From Octopus sinensis (Eukaryota), in NCBI RefSeq assembly GCF_006345805.1, contig NC_043006.1, forward strand, positions 72,354,001 through 72,418,000: a stretch of DNA of 64,000 nt. The letters are read 5' to 3'. The notes under the pieces were generated by a model. It ran no database searches. It worked only from the letters and a program-made list of their open reading frames with translations, and had not been told where the DNA came from. Positions 10,330 to 23,465 of the stretch are shown here, one piece after another; position 1 is the first letter of the stretch; every line of letters begins with the position of its first letter. The position numbers and the translations under genes are program-made.

Positions 10330-12225
10330 AGAGAGATGGGACAACCTACCAAGGGTTACAACCCAAATCTGTGACTGGTGAAAGTTGCAGCCAGACCAAG
10401 GCTGAATTGATGGTGGAACAATGAGATTGACAGAACTATAAAAGCAAAGGTTAGGGAACACTGGAAAAATGGAGGCAGCTAGGTGACAAGTTTACATAGA
10501 AGACAAGCTAGGTGACAAGTTTACATAGGAGTGGAGAAGCAGGAAAGGAGATTTTCCCATGTTCTACAGTGTGGGGATCAGAGGTGCGAGATGTTCCAGA
10601 CTCCAAGACAGTGTATCTGAAAAAACAAAGTAGTTGTAGATGAGAAGTGTACAAATGGATAATGGTACACTTGTACTTGGTGATACTGAAAAGAAAGAAG
10701 CATGAAAGTGCTAACTATAAACAGTTATGGATAATGGTTAGGAAAAAGAGGGTATTCCCAATGTGGACCTAGTAGAGTGATGAGCTATTCTAGATGACAG
10801 CAGTTTCATAGACAAAGTAATACAGGTGTGAATAGTTAATCAGGTTGTACAGAAAAATACAATTACTAGTATAGCAGTATCATAGTCAGCTGTTACAAAG
10901 TTAAAGGAGATACCTTACAAATAATTACAAAATGTCAGATTGCTGGACTAGGTCATAAAAGTTAGAGTTATAGTCCAATTAATTAGGAACAAAATTAGGT
11001 TAGATTAAATGTAGTTTAGTTTTGTGCCAAAGAGAAATACTACTGATGCCATCTTCTTAATAAGACAAATGCAAAAGTACTTACTAAATGTAAACAATTG
11101 TATTTGGCATTCATTGACCTGGAGAAAGACTTCAATAGAGTTTTTCACTCTGTGATGTGGTAGTCTTTGGATGAATATTTGTGAAAGCCATACAAACTAA
11201 GTACCCAGATACTATTAGTAAGATGAAACTTAGCAAAGAGACAAGTGATGAATTTAGAGTACAGAAAAGAGTTCCCCAGGGCTTGGTTCAGTACCCTTTT
11301 ATTCATCATTGTCCTACACATAACAGAGGGATGTTACAAAGAATTGGCTGCCCTTGTGAACTACAATAGGCAGAGAACTTTATTCTCATAGCAAAATCTG
11401 TAATATTAGAAAAGGAATTCCAACCCTGGAAGCAAAATCTAGAATCAAAGGGCCTTAAAGTAAACTTAGCAAAGATCAAAGTTCTAGCAAACAGGAAAAC
11501 AGACAGGGCCCTACACCCATCAGTTAATGTAGGAGTCAGCAGAAATTCCATATGGTGTACTCAGTGAAAGCTGTGTAGACACAGGTGGTACAGTAGAAGC
11601 ACAGAAAGTTGTGTTTGTATGTGGGAGATGTGCAGGAGCAATAAACACTAAGAACATAAGGAAAACAGATTTTCTCAAATGATCTGGAGGTCTCCCTAGT
11701 GGTATTATATAGTTTCAGTTACCTGAGGAACCTATTTAACAGTGGAGGAGGATGTTCTGAAAGTATAGTTGCTAGAATAAAAATGGAACAGAGAAAGTTC
11801 AGAGATCTATTATTTCTGTTGGAAATGAAAAATCAGTCTCTCTCTCTCTCTGAATGAAAGGCAGATTATGAGGCTGCATATGATCAGTATTGCTACACTG
11901 TAGTAAGAAATGGTCCTTGAATGCAGAGGACATGAAAGACCAGAGAGGAATGAATTTAGTATATTCCTTTGCATGTGCAAGAAAGTGCATGGAGAGAAAA
12001 ATTGGGCATAAGAATCAGATGTAGCAAACAAAAGAGAAGATTGTGCTGGTTTGGTTAGGTGAGGTGTATGGATAAGGCGAACTACTCAAAGAAGTGCCTA
12101 GCACTTAAAGTGAATGAGACTTGAAAAATGGGGAGGCCCAGGAAGACATGGGATAAAGTAGTAATAACTGATCTCAAGATGTTGAACCTCAAAGAGATAG
12201 CAAAGGTTTAAGATGATGAATTTTT
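10330..12225 (+). mobile_element. RTE-clade LINE, decayed reverse transcriptase region
   Basis: Fragments WWNNEIDR, NTTDAIFLIRQMQ, LYLAFIDLEKDFNRV, DEFRVQKRVPQG, GCPCELQ*AENFILIA (YADD equivalent), FQPWKQNLESKGLKVNLAK, GGGCSESIVARI and GRPRKTWDKVV. Confidence 0.9.
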
Positions 12226-12769
12226 TGAGTTCAAAAAACCCATCTATCACAGTGAAAATGAGGTTCTAAAAGCATTTTCTTTATGCCTTACATGTTAGGC
12301 CCTGCCTCTGCATCCATTCTCTCCCACTAAGCATTCCTCAACATCTCCCCCTCCTGGCATCCATCCCTCTTCTATGGTAGAACTTGGCTGCTATAATCAC
12401 TTAAGAGCAGAATTGGTACATATTTCACCCTACCATTTTTTGTATTATCAGTTATTTTCACCTCTCCTGGAACCATTTCCTATTAATATCCATCCCTTCT
12501 TGCCTACTTTCACTGAATATCCCCTTTTTTGTGCCATCAATTATCTCTCCCTCTGCCCTAGGCTACATCTTCTTCTACCATACTTCTTTGATACCTCCCA
12601 TATCTGCTATCTTTCTTAACTCCCTCTCATCATGTACCACTAAAATTAGCCACCCTCACGTACCTCTGACCTCCATCTCTCTCATTGTACATCTCCCTAC
12701 TTTCTTATTTATCTTCATTCCTAAGATACTTCTATCTCTCTAATCTTCCTCCCTTACACATTGTAAACT

Positions 12770-12912
12770 GGTTGGTATTATGAAGGGCATCAAGCTGTAG
12801 AAACCAAGCCAAAGCTAACATTGGAGCCTGATGCACTCCTACAGATCACCAGATCCCGTCAAACTGTCCAACCCATGCCACCAAAGAAAACAGAGATTAA
12901 ACGATGATGATA
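12770..12912 (+). mobile_element. RTE-tail element (family C); probably the 3' end of the preceding LINE
   Basis: GGTTGGTATTATGAAGGGCATCAAGCTGTAG...CCAACCCATGCC...TTAAACGATGATGAT. Confidence 0.75.
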
Positions 12913-12924
12913 ACATATATATAT

Positions 12925-13357
12925 TCTTTTACTTGTTTCAGTTTTTTTATTGCAGCCATGCTGGAGCACCATTTTTAGTCAAACAAATCAACCCCAGGAC
13001 TTATTCTTTGTAAACCTAGTACTTATTCTATTTCGAGGGATTGCGGGTTTGAATCTCAGACCGGGCAATGTGTGTTTATGAGCGAAACACCTAAGCTCCA
13101 CGTGGCTCCGGCAGAAGTTAATTGCGAACTTCTGCTGACTCTTTCCTCCTACATCTTGCAGCTCACCTGCGACGGACTGGCGTCTCATCCAGGTGGGGAA
13201 CCTATACGCCAAGGAAACCAGCCCTTATGAGCCAGGCATGGCTCGAGAAGGAACAAACTTATTCTATTGGTCGTTTTTGCTGAACTACTAAGTTACAGGA
13301 ACATAAACACACCGTCAGTTGTCAAGTGATGGTGGGGGGGCAAGCAGACACACACAC

Positions 13358-13402
<45 letters not shown>

Positions 13403-13544
13403 CATATGACAAGCTTCTATCAGTTTCTACCTACAAATCCACTCACAAGGCTTTGATTGGCCAGAGGCTATAGAAGATACTTGTCCAAGGTGCCATGCAG
13501 TGGGACTGAACCCAGATTCTTACCACACAGCCACTCCTGCACCT
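12925..13544 (-). mobile_element. SINE family A, split by a nested SINE
   Basis: 3' part at 12925-13032; remainder at 13257-13544. Confidence 0.85.
13033..13256 (+). mobile_element. 5'-truncated SINE (family F) with a V/Meta-like central domain
   Basis: 12-bp TSD ACTTATTCTATT (13021-13032 and 13257-13268); B-box-like GGGTTTGAATC; CCTGCGACGGACTGGCGTC.CATCCAGG; ACAA-type tail. Confidence 0.8.
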
Positions 13545-13935
13545 ATATAGATACATACATACATACATATGAATGTGAGCGTGTGTATAAATGTACCTAG
13601 TAGACATGGTAAATTTAACTATTTCTCAGTAGACTGAAAAAATGAACAACCTTAATTTTCAAACCTTATTGGATTCTCATCACAAATCTCTACTCAGGAA
13701 TTCCAGTAGCTACAGAGAACTGGGGCTACTAAGCTGCATACCCTAAGTGTTCAACGCTTATTCAGTATCAATGGCCTGCCAAAGAGGATCTCAGTCCACA
13801 TAGTGTTGAGGTATATGACATATTTGCAAACCTACAAAGAACAGCCTTAATTGATTTTGGAACCTTAATTTGTTCTCATTAGAGATGTCTACAACATTTC
13901 ATTAATCTCAGAAATATAAAATATATGTATGTACG

Positions 13936-13964
<29 letters not shown>

Positions 13965-13966
<2 letters not shown>

Positions 13967-14398
13967 GTCGAAACTCTGCTTGTGAAGACCCATTGAGGCA
14001 AGTGAGGATCAGAATCGAAATCGATCAATGGAAATTGCAGATGTGTTACCAGTGCCGGTAGCATGTAAGAGAACTTTCCATTTCGCGACCGTTGCCAGCA
14101 CCGCCCCGTTTCGTGTCCGTTGCCAGCCTCGCCTGGCCCTCGTGCCGGTGGCACATAAAAAGCACCATCCGTTCGTGGCCGTTTGCCAGCTCTGTCTGGC
14201 ACCAGTGCAGGTGGCACGTAAAAAGCACCCACTACACTCACGGAGTGGTTGGCGTTAGGAAGGGCATCCAGCCGTAGAAACACTGCCAGATTTGACTGGG
14301 CCTGATGAAGCCTTCTGGCTTCACAGACCCCAGTAGAACCGTCCAACCCATGCTAGCATGGAAAACGGACGCTAAATGATGATGATGATGATGATGAT
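13965..14398 (+). mobile_element. RTE-tail element (family C), young
   Basis: CpG-rich; ends CCATGCTAGCATGGAAAACGGACGCTAAAT(GAT)n. Confidence 0.9.
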
Positions 14399-14400
14399 AT

Positions 14401-14633
14401 GAGAAATAACCTCTTTTAAGTCATTCAATTCATAGTGAAAGATATTATCTATATTAAATCATATAGAAAAATTTTTTAACTATTATAATAAATATTATAA
14501 TAAAAATATAATATTCTATAAGGTTTATTTAATTTAGTGATTTTTAGAATAATATTTAAAATTTTTTCTATATGATTTGATATAGATAATATCTTTCACT
14601 AACAATTGAATTACTTAATAGAGGTTATTTCTC
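14401..14633. mobile_element. AT-rich MITE-like element with about 76-bp TIRs
   Basis: GAGAAATAACCTCT...GTGAAAGATATTATCTATAT...TAGAAAAAT is mirrored at 14557-14633. Confidence 0.8.
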
Positions 14634-14709
14634 TTAATTATATACATATTGCCTATTACCTGTCCTCTGAACCACCCCTCCCACTGGTGCTCCCCTATAT
14701 TTCTGCACC

Positions 14710-14962
14710 CCCCCCCATAAAAAAAGCACCATCCGAACGTGGCCGATGCCAGACCCCTCTGGCACCTGTGCAGGTGGCACGTAAAAAACACCCACTACAC
14801 TCGCGGAGTGGTTGGCGTTAGGAAGGGCATCCAGCTGTAGAAACACTGCCAGACTAGGCTGGAGCCTGGGGCAGTCCCGAGCTCTCCAGACCCCGGTCGA
14901 AACCGTCCAACCCGTGCTAGCGCGGAAAACGGACGTTAAACGATGATGATGATGATGATGAT
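14710..14962 (+). mobile_element. RTE-tail element (family C), young
   Basis: Highly similar to 14150-14398; (GAT)n tail. Confidence 0.9.
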
Positions 14963-15112
14963 ATATATTCTGAAATTTGATTCAGAATACTAAATTGAAT
15001 TTTTCCCTGTATGTTTAGAATTTTATATTCCCTACTATTATTAATAATATTATAAATATATATATATATATGCACATAAAATATATATACATACATATGT
15101 ACTCATTATATA

Positions 15113-15461
15113 GAAACAAACACAACTGCCATGTGGAAGATGTTTGTAAGCCATTTAAGAACACACAAAAAAAACCGTTAGATTCACTTGAACATTTGAA
15201 TTTAATTTGAGTCAAAATATTTTCGTCGCTTTTAAATTGTGACCTGTTCACTGATAAAACTTCATGCTGCATCTCAGTGAACATTGAAACTGCGACCTGT
15301 TCACTGGGATGCAGCACGAAGTTTTGTTAGTGAACAGGTCATGGTTTTAAAGCGACGAAAATATTTTGACACAAATCAAATTCAAATGTTGAAGTGAATC
15401 TAACGGTTTTTTGTGTTCTTAAATGGCTTACAAACATCTTACATGCTGCAATTGTTTTTCT
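15113..15461. mobile_element. Fold-back element (about 170-bp arms) built from inverted Penelope-like pLTR units with hammerhead-like motifs
   Basis: Arms 15113-15282 and 15298-15461 are reverse complements; four GTGAACA cores; two complete motifs (15211-15254 minus, 15325-15371 plus). Confidence 0.75.
15325..15371 (+). ncRNA. Minimal type-I hammerhead-like motif, G3:C8 core variant
   Basis: TGTTA-GTGAACA-G-GTCAT-GGTTTTAAA-GCGAC-GAAA-ATAT-T-T-TGACA; palindromic AATATT as stem III. Confidence 0.6.
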
Positions 15462-15571
15462 TTCAGCACACGATCTCAGATCAAGTCACTCGCTATGCAA
15501 GTACATTTCCGTAATATATATATATATATATATATATATAAACATATATATATATAAACATATATATATAT

Positions 15572-15731
15572 AGGTGCAGGAGTGGCTGTATGGTATCTTG
15601 CTTACCAACCACATGGTTCTGGGTTCAGTCCCACTGCGTGGCACCTTGGGCAAGTGTCTTCTACTATAACCTCAGGCTGACCAAAGCCTTGTGAGTGTAT
15701 TTGGTAGATGGAAACTGATAGAAGCCCGTCG

Positions 15732-15768
<37 letters not shown>

Positions 15769-15965
15769 ATGTTTGTCTCTCCACCATCACTTGACAACTG
15801 ATGTTCGTATGTTTACATCCCCATAACTTAGTGGTTCAGCAAAGGAAACTGATAGAATAAGTACTAGGCTTACAAAGAATAAGTCCTGGGATCGATTTGT
15901 TCGACTAAAGGCGGTGCTCCAGCATGGCCATAGTCAAATGACTGAAACAAATAAAAGTAAAAAGA
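15572..15965 (+). mobile_element. SINE family A, full length
   Basis: tRNA-like head (GGTTCTGGGTTCAGTCCC), GCACCTTGGGCAAGTGTC (CORE-like motif), (TA)(TG) tract, 3' end GACTGAAACAAATAAAAGTAAAAAGA. Confidence 0.9.
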
Positions 15966-16019
15966 TATATATATATATACATACAGACAGACATATATAT
16001 AATATAAATATATTCTTTC

Positions 16020-16463
16020 TAATTGTGAAAGGAACATGTGGAATGGGTAGACCCAGGAAGATGCGAGATGATGTGGTGAGAAAGGATTTTCAAATGTTGG
16101 GCCTCACAGAGGACATGACAATGGACTGAGACTTCTGGTGGTTAGCTGTGCTTGAAAAGACACACCAAATTAAGTAAAATCATGGACATCCATACACACA
16201 GTCATATCTACTACGTCCCTCTCTGTTGTGAGATCCTACTCTTGTGGGCTTACAGGTGCTGGGCCCATGTAAAAGCACCCATGCCAGTGCCACATTAAAG
16301 GCACCCAGTACACTCTGTAAAGGGGTTGGCATTAGGAAGGGCATCTAACCATAGAACCCATACCAAAACTGACAAATGGAGCCAGGTAGCTCTCCAGCAG
16401 ACCAGCTCTTATCAAACCATTCAACCCATGTTAGCATGGAGAACAAATATTAAATGATGATGA
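16020..16463 (+). mobile_element. RTE LINE 3' end (ORF C-terminus plus tail)
   Basis: IVKGTCGMGRPRKMRDDVVRKDFQMLGLTEDMTMD, followed by the family C 3' UTR and a GAT tail. Confidence 0.85.
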
Positions 16464-16506
16464 TATATGTGAAAAATGTGTATGCACATGTTTATATACA
16501 TAAAAC

Positions 16507-16547
<41 letters not shown>

Positions 16548-19500
16548 AATGTATCTTTACAGACTTTCTATAGAATTTAGAACCAGCACAAAGTAGGACA
16601 CATTATTGATTTATAAACCTTTAATATATTATGGTTGCAACACGAAAAACAGTGTCTCTACCAGCAATTAAAATATATATATATAGCATGGAAAAGACAT
16701 TAAATGATGATGATGATGATATATATATAGAAAGAGGGGGGGTAGAGAGAGAGAGGCATCTTACTAAGAATGGTTTCAAGTGTGTTAGTAATGCTGGAGG
16801 TAAATTTTTGAATTAAATGTTGTTACTAATTAAGTTTCATAGATTACTCTAACCTCAACTCACAGTGAAAAAAAAAAAAGGAATTTAACACTACTGGTAA
16901 GACCAAACACATACATCCAATAGGTCAATTATCCAGATGATGAACTTCAGTATAATTAGCTCAATAACAATTTCAAAAATGCGGAGGTTTTACTCCTTGA
17001 TATATTTAGTAATTAACCTTTATCTTCAAACGTTAAAAACAGTTTATGAACCATGCACCTGAACTGACTCCATCATGCTTTCTTTATTCACAGCTTCCCA
17101 ACTTCACCTCACAGTTTTTATACTTAATTAATCATGGCACCACATTTCGTTGGAAGCTTTTAGTGTCTGACTTTGAACTGAAACCCACATTAAGTTTGCG
17201 GAAAATACAGTGAATCACTATGGAGTAAGATTTTATAGTCTTACACCCACCCACCCAACTTTTAGAGAAATTTTCTAACTACATCCTCCAAAATGGCTGG
17301 CCAGAATGAATTGGTTGTTAAAATTTAAAATTTCCAGATAGCCCAATGCATATATTACAACATATCCTAATTTTATTATTTGAAGATCAAGTTTTCGTGA
17401 AATTATATTGATTTTAAAACCCTTTCATAGTCAACTGAAACTTCAAGCTTGTGGAAGGTAACTGATATGTTAGGGACCAACTAAATATCTAATGGTAATG
17501 ACATGATGTACAAGGAATCAAATTAGACACAATTAACAAAGCCTATTAAAATACAACTTCATCCTTAATAATTGTTTTTTTTTGTTAATGAAGAGGAATT
17601 CGTACAATATATGAACAACTTAAGGATTATAGCAACTAGGTTGTTACCTATTGCTATACTGCTGGTAAAAATATTTATTGATCATACTCATACTTTCATA
17701 CATTGGTCAAAGTCATATTTTTCTTAAAGTCTGTGTTGCATTGTCTATATGCTGAAAGGTATACAGAACCCCCCCCCACACACACACACACAAAAATTAT
17801 ATATATATATGTATACAGTGTTTTTTCAAAGTCTGTGTTGCATTGTGTCAACAGACTTGCACTTAAAATTCCTGTCTTTAATCAAAACTTGTTAATTATT
17901 AAGGTGACAATGCTACCTATTATCTATCTTTCACACACACTCTCTCTATCTCTCTCACTGTATTTTGCAGTCAACAACTTTTTCTCTTCCCCTTCTCTAC
18001 ACAGATATTGTTACAGATGGAGATCAGCTTCTCTTTTATAATATAAATATAAGATAGGAAAGTATTTTCTGTTTTGATACTCATTGTTCACATAGTGTAT
18101 AGTGTCAATGTAGATTAAGTATCTAAATATTTCACAAGTGAAAACGGAATACTTACTCAAAATTAAAAGGTAACACGCAGTTACTTACAAGGTTTTCTGT
18201 CATCCATTTTATATTTATTTCCCATGCTTTACTTTAAAATATTTTGATTCTTTAACTTTAAAATAATTATTTCAAAACAAATTCAATATATATTGACTAT
18301 TGAAAAATATTGTATAATCAACTATTTTGTTGTTTTTAATTATATTTGTTTGAAAGTTTCATAGCAAGGACAGATATAAGTTTTAAAAACTGGCTTTACT
18401 AAGAGAAGATATTAATAGTTAATTATAAATCCTTGGACAACAGTTTTTCAAAGAACAGCTATGAAAAATAGATCTGTGTCTCAAAAACAAATTGGTACTT
18501 ACTTTTTTCCTTTCTTTTCTCAATGCAGACTAACTAAATAATTTAAGTTACAACTAAAACATAGTTCCGAATAACCTGAAATAAATAAATTAGTTCTACA
18601 ACAAAGATTTCTATACAGATACACAACACATACACCAGTACATTCACTCCCACACATTGCACAAGCTAGAAATATACATGCATTATATGTTTCAAATAAA
18701 CTACATTTAATAAGTTACATGAAATGAATTGAAAGCAAAAAAAGAAAAACATTTTCTGTAATAAAAAAAGGAGCAAAGAAGATTGCCACAAGATAGAACT
18801 GTTTCATGATATTTAAATTTATTAACTCTTCAAAGCAAGATCCAGACAGACAACAATAAAGTATATTAGCAGAGAAAGAAATACAGAATGGAAATCTTGC
18901 CTAAGGAATTGGTTCAAACTGAGATAGGGGCAATAGGAAGGAACTATCTAGGAATTGTCTTTTTAAAAGAATACTTTCCATCTTTGTAAGTTTTTTTTTT
19001 TTTTCAGATTGCATACCATTTACCTTCCGTACGACATTGTATGCACCTTATTTATGCCCTATGACCAGCTGTAGTCCTTTTCAGGGTATAAAATACACAG
19101 AGGAAATTTCCAAAATTAATTTTAAAAACATTGCAGCAAATATGTGGGTGGGGAATAAAGACATAAAGAGACATTATATAAAAACATACATACACACACA
19201 CACACACACAGACATCTTTCATACATATACATATATACATGTGTGTTTAAAATGTAACGAAGGGGAAAACACATATACATGAAAAAAAATGTATTTAAAT
19301 GTAACAATTTAATTAACAAAATGTTTACGAAATAGCATAAGACAAAAATGATATTTAAGATGTTTTCTTTCACAAAATAATATCATTGAAATAAAAGGAT
19401 TTTAATACAAAAAAAGAATATATAACATACATATGTGGGTGTAAGCATATGTATGTATGTATATATATATATATATATTTGTGTGTATAAATATATATGT

Positions 19501-22500
19501 ATGTATGCATATATATATACATGTCTATATGTGTGAATGTATACACACATGCACACGCACACACACACATACATATATATATATGAGTAACATTAGGTCA
19601 TTTCCACACACTTTTTATAATTTTCGTTGTTTCTGTTTTTTTTTAAGACAAAAATATATAAATAACAGAAAAAAAATTAAAGTTTAAATTAATATTAAAT
19701 TGTTAGTACCATTTTATGACTTCTGATCTCTATAAAATTTGAAGAATAGAGTTAATTGAAGAAATTTGTCAAAGAATGATCGATTGAATATTAAAATGTT
19801 TCACCTTAAAACTAGAAACTCTCTACCAATCCAGTCTGAGCTAGTTGAGCAGTAACATGATAACCCTAACGGAAGGCAAATATAATTTTTTTAAAAATTG
19901 GTTTGAACCAAGTATAAAAACTGAAAAATGAGTGCAATAAAACATTTTTTTTTAATTAAACTACAATAAATTAAAATTGTTTTTGCATTGTATCAACTAT
20001 GGTATATATATATATACATGTGTGTGTGTGTGTGGTGTGTGTGTGTGTGTATGTATATATTTATTATATATATGGGTCAATTATGGGAATTTAATTGCTT
20101 GGACATCCATTTGAATAAAGAACTTAAAAGCAGAATTTGAAAAAAAGAAAGAGCTTATTTATAGCAGCAATGCATTGCAGACAATGTGAATAATATAGAA
20201 ACATTTGAGGATTTAGCCTTCCTGCCTTCAAGCTGGTTACCAAAAAGCAAATATTAACCAGTTGCTATCTTTTCATTACACTTAAAAAAAAAAATAGTAA
20301 AAAAAAAACAACTTTCCAGGAATATATCCTTTCAATTTTCAAGATAGCCATTCAACTAAACTTATGATACAAAAAAGCAAATAACACATTTTAAAGGCTT
20401 CAGTTTACCTTGATAATAAGAAAAGAAATTCTCTACAAAACTAAAATCTCTAAAGTGGAGCAAAGTTATGAAACATATCCATTCTAAGCAAATACATTCA
20501 TTCTGCTCAAATAAGAAAGTGATATTTAATTGACTTTTTTTTTATTTTATATTTTTTACTAAAAATAAACTCTTAAAAATTAACTCTTAAGAATTTCTTT
20601 TCCTCTGCTCCCTTAGTTCATGCTGTAGATCATTGTCTTTGAGAAGGCTCTAAAACTGCTTCTGTACAGTATTAGATGTATTGTTACCTTTCCATAAACA
20701 CACAAGATTCTTCTATTTTGGGAGTTGCAACATTTTTTTAAAAACTTTTTTTTATTGTGTGTGTGTGATTACATTACACTGGGATTAACATATTACACTG
20801 GTTACAAGACATCTAGCCCACATACAAACAAAAACAGAACCTCATTTAAACATTTCCCTTCCCAGGAAGGATAATGGCATACATAAGTTAAAATATATCT
20901 ATAACATAGACAAGCTAATAGTGACTTACCTTATTTTATTAATAAAATTCTATTAATAAATTTGCCTTATGAAAATTTTTTTTAAAATACATAAAAATAA
21001 AACATATTTAAAATGGCCATGATAGTTGTATTAAAAGTCTCTAAAGTTTCATAGCATTGTATTGCATTTTGTTCACTCTGGGGATATTTTATAATCTGAT
21101 AACCATTTCTTAATGTCAAACGTTCCATCACATATTTTGAATGATGGCATTTCTGCTAAAGTCCAAACACTCAAGGAAAAAAAATAAATATGCTATCATG
21201 AAAATTCTGGCTATTTGTATAACAGAAGTAATTGCCAATTCCTTGAAAGAAACCTAAACATTTTTGTTCTCTGATTATTAAAGAAACAACAGAGCCAATC
21301 ATAAAAGTTCTGACTGGAAAGATTGGAGAGTAAACATTTAACAAAAATGTTTATTACATCTTGAGATAAATTCCATTTCTAAGATAAAATCCTGGCTCTG
21401 CTTTAGGAGGCTTTAAATGTCTTGTATCAAATATAAAACCATTGATCTTTCTTCTTAACTGACTTTCCATAAAGGTTTATGTAAATTAGAGGCTTTGCTT
21501 AGTGTTTCTCATTTAATGCTTTATTCTCAATTTCGCTTTTTTTTATGGTATCATCATGAATGATACCCAGAAGAGTTTTCGTCTTAAAATAATCTTCAGC
21601 CTCTCCCTTTTAATGAAAAAATAACAGTCATTCATGAGAAGTCAGACAAGCTTCCAATAACAATTCTACTTTTATTGCATTAACTCACTGAAAATCACTT
21701 TTAGGCTTTCTTACAGCTGCCCTTCAGACTGGTCCATCTTTACCAAATTATCTTCCAATATGTGATTTACAAAACCTCAAAACTGGAATGAAAAAAAAAA
21801 CCTTGATTCCACTTGGGTGGGGTGGGATGAGGGGAATATAAGCCAATGGTTTGAATTAGTCCATCTTGTGTAGTTTGATACTTTAAGCAAATTGTTTAGT
21901 CCATCGTATATAGGATCATAGTAAAAAATAACAATTGTACAAATAAATTAAAGTTATATCATTAAAAAATTATAAAAAACCTCAGCCAAGTAGATACCCT
22001 TCACAATATATGCTCTAATCACCACTAAATGCAGTAGCCTGCAAGAAAGGAAAAAATTAAAATACGCATATATATAACCCAATGGCATTTGGTATAATTT
22101 ATTAAAAACTAGGTAATGTGAGATAAGTATAACACTAATCTTTTACTTTACAATAGTTTAGCAGCAATTCCACTGCCACTGTTTGTTTATATTTAAGTAT
22201 TCTAGTAAAAAGAACGAAACCAAAGTTCTGGGACATGAAAGGCTTTGAACTGCTATAAACAAACAATAAACATGAAATTACAGATAAAACACTTTGTAAG
22301 AGCAAAGAACAGGCTTTAGCATTAAAATAATACCAACAGTTCAAATTCTTCATCAAATGTATGCAACACTTTCAACTTTCATAAAACTATAAGATATACT
22401 ATAATTTAGTACCAGTCACATACTGGGATCAAGGGTACTAAATAATACCCTTCCACTCAAAATTGCTGGCCTTGTACCTAAATTAGAAACAATTATATTA

Positions 22501-23465
22501 AATGGGTTTCACTAGTAAATTATTCTGTACTTGAGTGTTTCCGATGAATCGTTCCATTTACTTTTTTTTCTAATAAGCCTAGTTTTAAAAAAGAACAAAA
22601 AAGGCATCCTTAAAAATCAGTTATATTATTATATGAAAATTGGTGCTGTAATATAAACTGTTTTTACAAAGAAATCAGTAATTATTAACAATTAAAGAGA
22701 ATAAATAATGAACTCAGACTTAAACTAAATATCTCAGAATATTACAAATGAAGTTAAACAAATTATAGAGGTTTTTGTTTACACTTTATTATTCTTCATA
22801 CTTACACATTATATACACAAATACAAATGCATACAGCAGTATAGACAACAATGTGTATACATTGATATACAATTGTAAGTGCTAAATATATTTACATAAT
22901 AAATTTTGTAGAACCCTATACTACAAAACCCCAAGCAGAAAAGCAAAGAAACATATGTTTAAAAAAAAACATGCTTAAAATAGGCTTAGTTTTCCTAATT
23001 AACAACAATGAAATTATAATCCCAGGATCTTTTTAAAAAGTCATAGCTGATGAAATATTTCAAACACAATTTCAGCCTTTATAATTGTTAAACATATACA
23101 TAGGATTTAATATACTAATAATCTATTTGGTTGTCATGAAATATGATTTTACATAATATATTACATAAACATCTCTTATATGTTTAATAGCTTATTAACT
23201 ATAAATCTTTACAGCTTATTCTATGCCAACACCAGCAAGGCACATAGCAGGCAATATAAACTTGAAGATCTCTAATATAATCTAAATTAATACTAAATTT
23301 GTTTTAAGCATGTCTTAAACATATGTTTTCATATATGTTTATATACATTGTAAACAAGAATAAAAAGAATGACTATTTCAGAGTATGCACTACACATGTT
23401 TCAATAACATGTTTATTTCAAGTATGAGTAACATTGCTTAACTTAAATAGGTAACATTGTGTAAA

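Noticed and set aside
14401-14633. Hammerhead-like reading of this TIR element (GTGAAAG...TATAT/ATATA-GAAA-AATT)
   Set aside because: No 3:8 pair, about 10 extra nucleotides before the stem, and inward orientation unlike the other fold-backs.
15572-15650. tRNA-like sequences with A/B boxes at SINE heads
   Set aside because: They continue into SINE bodies and lack a complete cloverleaf; not tRNA genes.
19037-19687. Many 60-100-aa ORFs rich in YI/VC/HT (also at 27.6-28.9 kb, 54.9-55.2 kb and elsewhere)
   Set aside because: Translations of (TA)n/(CA)n/(TG)n microsatellites; no protein signal.
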